A stretch of 64,000 bases of DNA from Nitrosopumilaceae archaeon (GCA_965209085.1 OZ242376.1:1344001-1408000); one strand, 5' to 3'; counted from the first letter of the stretch, positions 1-9,467 are shown. The notes: generated by a model from the letters alone, not told the origin. Made by a program: numbers and translations.

Positions 1-1
1 A

Positions 2-529
2 AAAAAACTTACAAAAATCAGTGAAAAATTTCTAAAAGACATTCTGAATCTTTACGGTATGACTAGTGCCCGCGTTGTAATACGCGAGGATGTAACGTCC
101 GAGCAGATAGTGGATCACATATCCGGAAACAAAACATATGCAAAAGCAATTACAATATTAAACAAGATAGATCTTGTAGATGATGCGTTTCTAAAGGATC
201 TAGCTCCGCAGCTCACAAAAGGTTTTGTAAGCATCTCGGCAAGCTCAGATAGCAACATAGATCAGCTTCGCGAGCGCATATACAGCGAATTGAAGTTTAT
301 TCGCATATACATGCGTCCAAAGGGCGGCAAAACCGACTATGAGGAGCCTCTCATAATGAGGGAAGAGTCCACGATAGGAAATGTCTGCGACAAACTTCAC
401 CGCAGAATGAGAAGGGCGTTCAGATACGGAATGGTATGGGGAAATAGTGTAAAGTTTGGCGGACAGCGCGTTGGAATAAGTCACACGTTGCAAGACGGCG
501 ACGTTTTGACAATAGTCAAAATAAAATAG
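2..529 (+). CDS. DRG/OBG-family GTP-binding protein, C-terminal part with TGS domain (5' truncated by the window edge)
   Basis: Frame is open from position 2; G4 motif NKID, G5-like ISA, and TGS-type tail FRYGMVWG..VKFGGQRVG..H.L.DGDV. Confidence 0.9.
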   Translation, partial: KKLTKISEKFLKDILNLYGMTSARVVIREDVTSEQIVDHISGNKTYAKAITILNKIDLVDDAFLKDLAPQLTKGFVSISASSDSNIDQLRERIYSELKFIRIYMRPKGGKTDYEEPLIMREESTIGNVCDKLHRRMRRAFRYGMVWGNSVKFGGQRVGISHTLQDGDVLTIVKIK

Positions 530-669
530 TAAAACATTTGCAGTCATTTGTGCGATCAAACTGCTAGTATGTCAGAATTATATGTACAATTTGCGTTATA
601 ATTTACGATCATTTTGTGTATTTTTTTTTATGTTACCTATACAAAAATATGGATTAGTGTTTGTTGTTA

Positions 670-1128
670 ATGGCTACCAAAAGAAAAGCAGCAAAGTCTA
701 CGGCAAAACGTCGTAAAACAACAAAGAAAACAACGGGAACAAAACGTAAGACTACAACCAAGCGTAAACGTCGCACAGTAAAAACAGCGGGCAAAAAAAC
801 AACGGGAACAAATCGTAAGACTACAACCAAGCGTAAAAAACGTCGCACAGCAAAAACAGCGGGCAAAAAAGCAACGGGAACAAAACGTAAGGCTCGTCGC
901 ACCGCAAAGAAAACTACGACTAAACGTAAACGTCGCACAACAAAAACAGCGGGCAAAAAAGCAACGGGAACAAAACGTAAGACTACAACCAAGCGTAAAA
1001 AACGTCGCACAACAATAACAGCGGACAAAAAAGCAACGGGAACAAAACGTAAGGCTCGTCGCACCGCAAAGAAAACTACGACTAAACGTACTACACGCCG
1101 TAAATCTGCTAAGAAAACCAAGCGCTAG
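670..1128 (+). CDS. Lys/Arg/Thr-rich basic repeat protein (histone H1/Hc2-like nucleoid protein candidate)
   Basis: ATG at 670; about 152 aa made almost only of K,R,T,A,G with one acidic residue; repeated KK(A/T)TGTKRK units; followed by a hairpin and T-tract. Confidence 0.75.
   Translation: MATKRKAAKSTAKRRKTTKKTTGTKRKTTTKRKRRTVKTAGKKTTGTNRKTTTKRKKRRTAKTAGKKATGTKRKARRTAKKTTTKRKRRTTKTAGKKATGTKRKTTTKRKKRRTTITADKKATGTKRKARRTAKKTTTKRTTRRKSAKKTKR
725..1090 (+). repeat. Five near-identical intragenic tandem repeat units
   Basis: Core CAACGGGAACAAA at about 731, 800, 872, 962 and 1034 (spacings 69, 72, 90, 72, all multiples of 3). Confidence 0.9.
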
Positions 1129-1141
1129 TCGCTTGAATAAT

Positions 1142-1180
1142 TCAATCATCAACTACGGTTGGTGATTGAGAACCTTTTTT
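1142..1180 (+). terminator. Stem-loop plus T-tract after the basic-protein gene
   Basis: TCAATCATCAAC-TACG-GTTGGTGATTGA (12-bp stem with one G-U, cUACGg tetraloop), then TTTTTT at 1175-1180. Confidence 0.65.
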
Positions 1181-1278
1181 AAAAAATATTTTAAACTTCC
1201 TTAAAATTGCCTGTTGATGCAAATTTACATGCGGGTAAATTTTAGTTTTAACAAAAATTGCACAAATTTGAAAATATG

Positions 1279-1557
1279 TCAGCTAAACATCTGGCCCGGA
1301 GGCGATTTTGTCGTGGTTTTTGCATGAGTCTTATCCACCGTGAATGTTTTGTTTGGAGGAATAACAGATGTCATAACCGACGTGTTTATCGCATAATGGG
1401 GCGTTCCGTCAGGATTTGTATTTTTTATCGCCTTGCCCACACGGCCAAGATCCACTTTGACTTTAACGATTGCCCCATCCTCTAGCTCAAATGTTACAAC
1501 CTCGTCTCCAAGGCGTTTATAGTCAAGCATTTTAAACTCTACTTTATCTGCAGACAT
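1279..1557 (-). CDS. Hypothetical protein downstream of the collagen-like gene
   Basis: Beta-rich ORF with FELEDG..VKVKV and NPDGTP.Y; start at 1557 or 1572. Confidence 0.7.
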   Translation of the reverse strand: MSADKVEFKMLDYKRLGDEVVTFELEDGAIVKVKVDLGRVGKAIKNTNPDGTPHYAINTSVMTSVIPPNKTFTVDKTHAKTTTKSPPGQMFS

Positions 1558-1600
1558 TACAGATAATTTCATAATACGTTATTTTAGTATGTGGGTATTC

Positions 1601-3001
1601 CTAGTACAGATGGCTCATAAGACGTATCTGTTCCTCTGTAGATATGACGTTTTTGGCAGTAAGCGCTTCAAGCAGTTCCTTAAGCAGTGCTTTTTGCTCT
1701 TCAGGCATTACATTGCTAGTACCCTTGTCGCCCGGAGGTCCTGGCGGACCGCGCGGTCCTGCCTGTCCGATGGGACCGGATTTGCCCAAAGGACCACGTT
1801 CTCCTGCTACACCTACATGTCCAACAGTACCTCTTTCACCCTGAGGACCCTGTATTCCCTGCGGACCGGACGGACCGGGTTCGCCGGACGGACCACGATT
1901 ACCTAACGGTCCTTGCAGTCCCTGCGGCCCTTTGTCTCCCTGCATTCCAGGAATTCCAGTCAAACCTTTTTCTCCGGATTCACCTTGTTTACCTTGCGGT
2001 CCTTTGCCACCTGCAACTCCCTGCTGTCCCTGCGGACCTTGTTCACCTTGAGGGCCTGGCGGACCAACCGGACCTTTGTCGCCAATCATTCCTTGCGGAC
2101 CTAGCTCTCCGGATTTTCCAACAGGACCCTGTATTCCTTTGTCGCCGGACGTACCGGACGGACCGGTTTCACCTTTTGAACCAACAGGTCCGCGCAAACC
2201 GGTCAATCCTTTTTCTCCAGCAGAACCTATCGGACCTTTGTCACCGAACGGACCTTCAGAACCGCGCGGGCCGAACGGACCTTTGTCACCAATAGAACCG
2301 ATGGGGCCTTTGTCACCTTTTGGTCCCTGCAATCCTGGAGAACCTTTGTCTCCGCGATCTCCTTTGTCACCGGTCAGACCTTTTGATCCAAAAGAGCCTT
2401 TGTCACCGGGAGGTCCTGCAACACCTACAGATCCTCTTGGACCTGCGGTGCCGGATATGCCTCGCTCTCCAACAGAACCTGTCTGACCCGTAAGTCCCTT
2501 GTCACCAACTGACCCTTTGTCTCCGGTATGACCTTGCGGACCACGATCTCCTGGAGGACCTGACGGACCGGGCAATCCTTTATCGCCTGCCACACCTCGT
2601 ACGCCACGCTCTCCGGCAGGTTTACTCGTTTCTGCATCAGATCTTAAATTATTTTCAGGTACAGATTTTTTTATGGTTGCAGGCTTTGTGCCGGATATTT
2701 TATTTTCAATATCAACTTGCAGTAGGGTATGAATGTCAGATAGCTGATCTTGTACCAATACGTACACACGATCATTTTCAAATACGGATTCTGGGAGCGG
2801 ATCATCATCATCTCCGAGAACCTCAGAAAACGCGCCGTTAGTGACGTACAGATGCAGGGGTTTTCTCCACAGGGGTGTATATGTGCCTTTTGAGATTGTA
2901 TCTGGGGCGGGTTTTTTATCCAAAATTGATACAAATACCTCGTATGTGCCGGTCCGCTCAAACGGTGATTTCCCAGAAATATTCAAGGTTGTATCAGACA
3001 T
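1601..3001 (-). CDS. Collagen triple-helix repeat protein
   Basis: 100 consecutive Gly-X-Y triplets (1715-2614), about 130-aa N-terminal domain, short helical C-terminal domain. Confidence 0.92.
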   Translation of the reverse strand: MSDTTLNISGKSPFERTGTYEVFVSILDKKPAPDTISKGTYTPLWRKPLHLYVTNGAFSEVLGDDDDPLPESVFENDRVYVLVQDQLSDIHTLLQVDIENKISGTKPATIKKSVPENNLRSDAETSKPAGERGVRGVAGDKGLPGPSGPPGDRGPQGHTGDKGSVGDKGLTGQTGSVGERGISGTAGPRGSVGVAGPPGDKGSFGSKGLTGDKGDRGDKGSPGLQGPKGDKGPIGSIGDKGPFGPRGSEGPFGDKGPIGSAGEKGLTGLRGPVGSKGETGPSGTSGDKGIQGPVGKSGELGPQGMIGDKGPVGPPGPQGEQGPQGQQGVAGGKGPQGKQGESGEKGLTGIPGMQGDKGPQGLQGPLGNRGPSGEPGPSGPQGIQGPQGERGTVGHVGVAGERGPLGKSGPIGQAGPRGPPGPPGDKGTSNVMPEEQKALLKELLEALTAKNVISTEEQIRLMSHLY

Positions 3002-3049
3002 GCATTGTGTTGAAATAGCACGTATTTTACATTTTTTGACATTTCACGC

Positions 3050-4222
3050 ATGAATTGGTATAAAAAGACGTCAAAAGTTATAACTGCAAATAATCAACGG
3101 CTATTTATGAAGTTACGTAAGAAAAAAATTATCAGGGACGAGGATCTTCCGGCGACAAGTGAGCCGGGCAAAATTACCCTCACGGACGGCGATTATCAGC
3201 TGAAAAAATTATTCAAAAAAGGTATTAATTTCATGGCAGATGAAAAACTCGAAGAAGCCTGCGAGATATTTGAGCAGGCGTTGAGAATCGATCATGACAA
3301 CATTGATGTAATGTTAAAGCTTGGATATGCAAGGTTTCATCTTGACAATTACGCAGAAGCCTTACTCATCTATGATCGCATACTTGATTTGGATGTGACA
3401 AATGCAGAAGCTTGGAATCTTAAATCCCTAATACATTACGAGCAAAAAAACTATGCAAAGGCGCTTGACTGCACGGAAAAATCAATCGATTCGGATCCCA
3501 CGTTTGACATGGCATGGTACAACAAGGCATGCTATCTGTCAATTTTAAATCAAATTTCCCAGTCAATTGACTCGCTAAAAAGATCCATTGAGATAGATGT
3601 GAAAAATGCAAGAAAATCCGTAAAGGATAAGGATTTTGTAAACCTTCGGGCAGAGGACGGATTTAAAAGAATTATCGAGGTGGTCGTAATAGAATCCGTC
3701 CGTCAGGGATACCACACGATAGGTGCCATAGTTTGGACGACATTTCTTTCAAAAATTGACGTACAGGATTCCCTGCGCAAGCTGGTGGAAAAAGGTCTCA
3801 TCATTCAAAATGAAAAACGCGAGGGTTTGCACCGCATACCCGTGTATGATTTGGCCGAAGGTGTCGCCAAAAAAATGATAGTCCGTAAAAAGAATATTTT
3901 CGGCATAAACGTTATAAATATGCCAGAGGATGTTACTGAATTAAAAGAGATAAGTCATTCCGTACAGGAAGCCCGTTCAGCAGTGGAAGATGGAAATGCA
4001 GATTCAGTACTGGAAAGTTTCGAGCCATTTGTGGACAATGGGAAACACGGCACGTATATGATTGAAAAATTTTTCGAGGATCACCGTGAAATAAGGCTCT
4101 GGAAGATCAGAATAAAGGATCACGGTTCAGATTACATCTCTGAGAATCGGAAAAAAATGCTCACAGTGTTTGAAAATATAGATGCATCCATCACAAAACA
4201 GCTGCGCATCGGCACAGCCTAA
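3050..4222 (+). CDS. Tetratricopeptide-repeat protein (probable start 3107)
   Basis: TPR consensus segments (AWNLKS..HY, AWYNKACYLS, ALRID, SIEID) followed by a possible winged-helix segment. Confidence 0.85.
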   Translation: MNWYKKTSKVITANNQRLFMKLRKKKIIRDEDLPATSEPGKITLTDGDYQLKKLFKKGINFMADEKLEEACEIFEQALRIDHDNIDVMLKLGYARFHLDNYAEALLIYDRILDLDVTNAEAWNLKSLIHYEQKNYAKALDCTEKSIDSDPTFDMAWYNKACYLSILNQISQSIDSLKRSIEIDVKNARKSVKDKDFVNLRAEDGFKRIIEVVVIESVRQGYHTIGAIVWTTFLSKIDVQDSLRKLVEKGLIIQNEKREGLHRIPVYDLAEGVAKKMIVRKKNIFGINVINMPEDVTELKEISHSVQEARSAVEDGNADSVLESFEPFVDNGKHGTYMIEKFFEDHREIRLWKIRIKDHGSDYISENRKKMLTVFENIDASITKQLRIGTA

Positions 4223-5023
4223 TTATTCTGCGGAAAGATCCCAGTAATTGGCATCAGGCTGTTGTTCTGTGGGTTTTTTGAGCGATTTCCATTCTTTAAA
4301 AGAGCGCACGTACAGTCGGACGTTCTCTATTCCCACAGATTTTAGCGCATAATATGCAAGGCCTGAAAGCGTACCCACGCTGCCGCAGTACGTTATGACC
4401 TTGCTATTTTCCGTAATGCTGCGGTTTTCAAACAGTCTTTTCATCTCTGCGTTTGGGCGTATTATCCCCTCACTTGACGCAAGTGTCCTGTACGGGATGT
4501 TTACAGCTCCGGGTATGTGCTGTTCTAAAAAATTGAGCCTCTCGCGGTTATCAAGCAGTACTGTTCCCAGTTTTCCTTCCGATTCTAAATGATCCGCAGT
4601 TGATACAATTTCCGGTTTTGTGTTTACCGTGTGATCGAGTGCTTTAGGCTGCGGCGTTTTATCATCAGTGTCAAGACCCATCTGCACCCATTTTCCGTAT
4701 GTAACCCCGAGCAGTGAGACATTTTCGTGTCCAAGGTATTCAAGCGCCCATGCAAGTCTTGAGGATAGCGCGCCAAACGTATCATCGTATATTACAACGC
4801 GTGTAAAATCCCCTATTCCTGTCGCACCGACAAGTTTTGCAACGCGTTCTGGACTGTCATCAGAGAGCAGCTCAGAGAGTGGCAGATTTACCGCAGAGGG
4901 TATGTGATTTTTTTTGTATTCCTCTGGACGGCGCACGTCTACAACGGTGACACTTTTGTCCCTAATCTCAGATCTTACATTGTCCGGATCGGAGATTACC
5001 TTGTTTTTGCTCAAGCGGCGCAT
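4223..5023 (-). CDS. Thiosulfate sulfurtransferase (tandem rhodanese)
   Basis: VDVR..EY...HIPSAVN, second HIPGAVN, active-site YCGSVG. Confidence 0.9.
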   Translation of the reverse strand: MRRLSKNKVISDPDNVRSEIRDKSVTVVDVRRPEEYKKNHIPSAVNLPLSELLSDDSPERVAKLVGATGIGDFTRVVIYDDTFGALSSRLAWALEYLGHENVSLLGVTYGKWVQMGLDTDDKTPQPKALDHTVNTKPEIVSTADHLESEGKLGTVLLDNRERLNFLEQHIPGAVNIPYRTLASSEGIIRPNAEMKRLFENRSITENSKVITYCGSVGTLSGLAYYALKSVGIENVRLYVRSFKEWKSLKKPTEQQPDANYWDLSAE

Positions 5024-6828
5024 TCACCTCTGCCGGTTTTGGCATGATAACTTCCATCAGCACCATAATCGGTATAAAATGCCTCATCGTCGCTTTTTAC
5101 CGGAGGAATTGTCAGAGGTTCAAGCAGTTTTTTAATATCAGAGATTGATTTTACAGCAGAGTTTTCGTTTCCTTTGATGATTCGCTGCAGCCATGATTTT
5201 AGCGTGTCAGATTCTCCCTGGGAGTTTTCCTTGAATATTGAAATTATTTTCACAACTGCATCAATAGTCCGTCTAGCTGGTATTCTCAGGCAGTTTTCCC
5301 CCAAGGTAGCCATACCGTCATATCTTCCGCCCAATGACATGTGGTATATAGGATACATATTTTTTCCAACCCGGCCTCCCCCTCCAAAGAATCCAATGGT
5401 TGCAATTTCGTGCTGCCCGCAGGAGTTTGGACAGCCGCTTATCTTTATCGTGGAATCTGCAAGCTGTTTGTCCTCATCCATCTTTAGATCCAGCAGTTTT
5501 CTTTGAATTTCTTTTGCAAGACGGTGAGAGTTTGTAAGTGCAAGGTTGCACGATGTGGTTCCAGAACATCCAACCGTGGCAGCCATTGTCAATCCACCAG
5601 GTTTTGCAAGTCCTGATGAGACAAGTGCCGAATAAAACGCGCGCATATCGTCTGTGTGAACATATCGCAGGATGATGTTTTGTGAAAATCCCATGCGTGC
5701 AACCCCTTCGCACGAATAGTCACGAATCAGCGATGCGGTTGCGCGCATTTGGTTTGCGGTTATATCGCCAGCTTCCAGCGAGATGAAAACAGAATGGTAT
5801 TCAGGCTGGGCCTGTTTTGTTGTATTGGTTGCAAGCCACCGATCGTATCCCTGGGGAATGTTTTGCGGTGTTGTATCAGAAACGGTTAACGGCCGTTTCA
5901 CCTCTTCATCGTTCATGTCAAGATCAAGTTTTACAATCGCAGACTGCGTTGCACGCACTATGGAACGCTCCTTTAATATCAGATTTTGGAATTTTTCCCA
6001 TCCCATTTCATGTACAAGATACCGCATGCGGTTGCGTGCAAGGTTTTTACGATCTCCTAGCCTGTCAAATATTTGTACGGTGGCAATGGCAGTGTGCAAA
6101 AAGTCCTCTTCTAGTGTAAAGTCTTCTAGCTGGTGTCCGATGAATGATTTGTTTCCAAGACCTCCTCCCAAAAATATCTTAAAGCCGCGGCGCTCTTCCC
6201 CGTCTATGACTTTTGTGTGCGGCAACACTCCAACGTCCACCATACGCACCATGCCGTGTTTTTCGCAGCAGGTAAAGTTGAATTTGAATTTTCTTGGAAG
6301 GCTCTGTACCATCGGATTGCGGAGGAAGAATTTTGCCGTGGCAAGTGCGTACGGTGTTGCATCAAACTTTTCATCGGGGCACACTCCTGAGAGCGGACTG
6401 CACATGATGTTGCGTACGCTGTTACCGCATGCTTCGCGCGATGTAAGTCCCACCGTGGCAAGCTCGCGCAGTATTTCAGAGACATCCTCTAGCACAACCC
6501 AATGCAGCTGTATGTTCTCACGCGTGGAAAAATGTGCACTTCCTATGGAGAAAGCCTCTGAGAGATTTGCAAGGTTTTCAAGATGTACGGGGTAAATTCT
6601 GCCTCCGGGCACCTTTACTCGTACCATTGCATAATCACTGGTCATACGTGTGCCATATGCCCCATGCTGCAGTCTGTAACGCCTAAAGCTGTTATCGTCG
6701 TATTTTTTTTGTCTGTACAGTTTTACCGTATTTGCAAAATCAACTGCCTCTTCAGTTCGAGCCCAGTCTATCTTTGGAGTCCTTCCCTTGGGTGGTATTT
6801 GTTCCAAATTATGAGATGTCAACGGCAT
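5011..6828 (-). CDS. Ferredoxin-dependent nitrite/sulfite reductase (siroheme, 4Fe-4S)
   Basis: STRENIQLH, LPRKFK, CSGTTSCNLA and ISGCPNSCGQH motifs. Confidence 0.92.
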   Translation of the reverse strand: MPLTSHNLEQIPPKGRTPKIDWARTEEAVDFANTVKLYRQKKYDDNSFRRYRLQHGAYGTRMTSDYAMVRVKVPGGRIYPVHLENLANLSEAFSIGSAHFSTRENIQLHWVVLEDVSEILRELATVGLTSREACGNSVRNIMCSPLSGVCPDEKFDATPYALATAKFFLRNPMVQSLPRKFKFNFTCCEKHGMVRMVDVGVLPHTKVIDGEERRGFKIFLGGGLGNKSFIGHQLEDFTLEEDFLHTAIATVQIFDRLGDRKNLARNRMRYLVHEMGWEKFQNLILKERSIVRATQSAIVKLDLDMNDEEVKRPLTVSDTTPQNIPQGYDRWLATNTTKQAQPEYHSVFISLEAGDITANQMRATASLIRDYSCEGVARMGFSQNIILRYVHTDDMRAFYSALVSSGLAKPGGLTMAATVGCSGTTSCNLALTNSHRLAKEIQRKLLDLKMDEDKQLADSTIKISGCPNSCGQHEIATIGFFGGGGRVGKNMYPIYHMSLGGRYDGMATLGENCLRIPARRTIDAVVKIISIFKENSQGESDTLKSWLQRIIKGNENSAVKSISDIKKLLEPLTIPPVKSDDEAFYTDYGADGSYHAKTGRGECAA

Positions 6829-6898
6829 AATGTCCTTTGGATTCTATATAAATTAGATCGGACTAAAGGTATTAATTATTTAAAAAAAGATCAACCAT

Positions 6899-7714
6899 AT
6901 GCAGACTGCCACGATAGCTGAAAATAAAAAAATCTTTAAAGATGTGCGCGAGGTCGATATTACACGCGCCATAGCCACGGAATTTCACGAAGTGCTAATC
7001 GACAGGGCAGAATCTGACGTTATTATCATAGGCGCAGGTCCGGCCGGACTTACCGCATCGCGTGATCTCTCAAAAAAAGGCCTAAAAGTTTTGGTCATAG
7101 AACAAAACAACTATCTTGGAGGAGGATACTGGCTTGGAGGATACATGATGAATCCTGTCACGGTCAGGGATCCTGCCCAAAAGATATGGGAAGAGATGGG
7201 CATTCCGTTCAAAAAAGTCGGCGATGGCCTGTACCTTACCCCGGGTCCGCATGCAGTATCAAAACTAATAGCTAGTGCATGCGATGCGGGTGTAAAATTT
7301 CTAAACCTGACAAAGTTTGACGATTTGATATTAAAGAACGGCAGGGTTGCAGGACTGGTTGTAAACTGGATGCCCGTTTCCGCACTTCCAAGGAACATCA
7401 CATGTGTGGATCCTATCGCATTGGAATCAAAGATGGTCATAGATGCGTCAGGTCATGACTCTGTGGCAGTAAAACGTCTTGTAGACAGGGGTCTTGCAAC
7501 ATGGAAAGGCATGAATCCAATGCACGTAGAAGAAGGCGAGGATCAGGTGGTGCATAAAACCGGCGAGATTTATCCAGGTCTTGTCATAGCTGGCATGTCA
7601 GTTACGGAAACTTACGGGTTGGCAAGAATGGGACCCACGTTTGGAGCCATGTTATTTTCAGGAATAAAGGCAGCAGAGATTACAGCTGCAAAAATTAATG
7701 CTCTAGGCGTCTAG
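6899..7714 (+). CDS. thi4: Thiazole synthase Thi4 (Cys-type)
   Basis: GAGPAG, GGGYWLGG, ITCVDP, DASGHD, RMGPTFGAM.FSG. Confidence 0.92.
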   Translation: MQTATIAENKKIFKDVREVDITRAIATEFHEVLIDRAESDVIIIGAGPAGLTASRDLSKKGLKVLVIEQNNYLGGGYWLGGYMMNPVTVRDPAQKIWEEMGIPFKKVGDGLYLTPGPHAVSKLIASACDAGVKFLNLTKFDDLILKNGRVAGLVVNWMPVSALPRNITCVDPIALESKMVIDASGHDSVAVKRLVDRGLATWKGMNPMHVEEGEDQVVHKTGEIYPGLVIAGMSVTETYGLARMGPTFGAMLFSGIKAAEITAAKINALGV

Positions 7715-7724
7715 GTTGCATTAA

Positions 7725-8456
7725 TTGAAGATTTGTAAAGTTGCAATATACGATGAATCAAACGTTCCGCAGATATGCACCGACAAATTGGTGAAATTTT
7801 TACATGAAACATTTGGAATTAAAGCGGAAATTTACAATCCATTCTCATACACGTCAAAGGATGTTTCAGAATGTACCGTAACGAATATGCTGCGTCCTCT
7901 TGAATGTAAGCAAAGTGAGAGCGGGCATGAGAATTCCATACCCATGTATGATGGCATATGTTTACAGCGGGCATTTGCAGAAATGATCCCGCATGAGCAT
8001 CAGCATTCGGACTGGCTGTACGTGGTATTTACTGCCAAACTGATAGGTACGTACGATTATGACGGGTGCAGATACCATGCAAGGGCGTTAATTGGCTCAA
8101 ATCCTGCCATCATATCCACCACGGGTATAATCGAGGCGCCTGCAAAACCGCGTTTGCACTACATATCAGAGGCCACCAAAGTTCCGTATGATGGATGGAA
8201 TGACTGGCTCAAATACGGGGACAATCGCCTCGAGTATACGGCAAGGGCATACCTCATGCAGTCTTTGGCATATTATGCCACGGGAAGCGCGTTTTGTAAA
8301 GATGCCAAATGCATCCTGTATAACGCGCACTGGCAGCAAGAGATGGTAAAATCACAGATAGAATCAGGATCTTTGTGCAAGGATCACCGCATCATCATAC
8401 AGGATATGGTAAAAAATTCCAGATCAGAGGATAACAAACAAGATCACTTAAATTAA
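7725..8456 (+). CDS. Putative metallopeptidase-like protein (archaemetzincin-like Cys/His tail)
   Basis: RYHARA, STTGIIEAPAKP and C-terminal FC....C.LYNAHWQ...LC..H; no clear HEXXH. Confidence 0.6.
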   Translation: MKICKVAIYDESNVPQICTDKLVKFLHETFGIKAEIYNPFSYTSKDVSECTVTNMLRPLECKQSESGHENSIPMYDGICLQRAFAEMIPHEHQHSDWLYVVFTAKLIGTYDYDGCRYHARALIGSNPAIISTTGIIEAPAKPRLHYISEATKVPYDGWNDWLKYGDNRLEYTARAYLMQSLAYYATGSAFCKDAKCILYNAHWQQEMVKSQIESGSLCKDHRIIIQDMVKNSRSEDNKQDHLN

Positions 8457-8479
8457 TCTTGCACGGGGTTTATTCCGTG

Positions 8480-9466
8480 ATGTCTGAATCTGGCGGGATC
8501 GCTCAAATGGAACAGAAAAAAAATCCCCAGGATTTGCAAAAGAAAAAAACAAAATACGATGTGATTATAATTGGTGCCGGTCCGGCAGGGTATACTGCGG
8601 GAATTTACTGCGCTCGTGCACGCTATGAGACGCTCATAATATCAGGGGTTTTACCCGGAGGACAGCTTGTAAACACTACAGAAGTTGAAAATTATCCAGG
8701 ATTTGCACAGGGAATAATGGGTCCGGATCTCATGATAGACATGAAGGCGCAGGCAGAAAGAATGGGTACTGCCATAGTTGATGATGAGGTTGTAAACGTG
8801 GACTTTAGAAATAAACCGTTCAAAGTTTTAACAGCTGAAGAAGAATACGAGGGACGCGCTGTCATAATATGCACCGGTGCCAATCCAAGAAAGCTTGGCG
8901 TAACAGGCGAATCAGAGCTGTCCGGCAAGGGAGTCTCATACTGCGCCACATGTGATGGGGCGTTTTTTAGAAACCAGGAGATACTAGTGGTCGGAGGCGG
9001 CGATTCGGCCATGGAAGAGGCTACGTTTCTTACAAAATTTGCATCCGTGGTGCACATATCCCACAGGCGCGAGCAGCTTCGTGCCAGCAAGGTAATGCAA
9101 GAGCGCGCATACGATAATCCAAAAATAAAATTTCATCTAAGCACCGAGGTTGAGAGCATCGGTGGAGACGGCAGGGTGGGCAATGTGGTGCTCAAAAATT
9201 CTTCAAATGGTGAAAAAAATACGCTAAATGTAGGCGGCGTATTTGTGGCAATCGGACACGTGCCAAATACTGAAATGTTTTCAGGTCAGGTAGAAATGGA
9301 CAAACGGGGATACATTGTACAAAAAGAACACACCCAGACCAGCGTTCCGGGAGTTTTTACGGCAGGCGATGTTCATGATTCAAGATACAGACAGGCGGTA
9401 ACTGCAGCAGGGTTTGGATGCATGGCCGCACTTGATGTGGACAAGTATCTTGAAGAAAATCCCTAG
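8480..9466 (+). CDS. trxB: Thioredoxin-disulfide reductase
   Basis: GAGPAG, VSYCATCDG, GGGDSAMEEA, AGDV..RYRQA.TAAG. Confidence 0.95.
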   Translation: MSESGGIAQMEQKKNPQDLQKKKTKYDVIIIGAGPAGYTAGIYCARARYETLIISGVLPGGQLVNTTEVENYPGFAQGIMGPDLMIDMKAQAERMGTAIVDDEVVNVDFRNKPFKVLTAEEEYEGRAVIICTGANPRKLGVTGESELSGKGVSYCATCDGAFFRNQEILVVGGGDSAMEEATFLTKFASVVHISHRREQLRASKVMQERAYDNPKIKFHLSTEVESIGGDGRVGNVVLKNSSNGEKNTLNVGGVFVAIGHVPNTEMFSGQVEMDKRGYIVQKEHTQTSVPGVFTAGDVHDSRYRQAVTAAGFGCMAALDVDKYLEENP

Positions 9467-9467
9467 T

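Noticed and set aside
725-1090. Regularly spaced repeats as a possible CRISPR array
   Set aside because: The intervening sequences are themselves repeated, spacings are multiples of 3 inside an ORF, and no cas genes are present
654-1152. Two long antisense ORFs over the basic repeat gene (154-161 aa range)
   Set aside because: They are shadows of a low-complexity in-frame repeat; the + strand has the ATG and the downstream hairpin/T-tract
1589-2637. Pro/Gly-rich ORFs overlapping the collagen gene
   Set aside because: Artefacts of GGN codon periodicity on the coding strand
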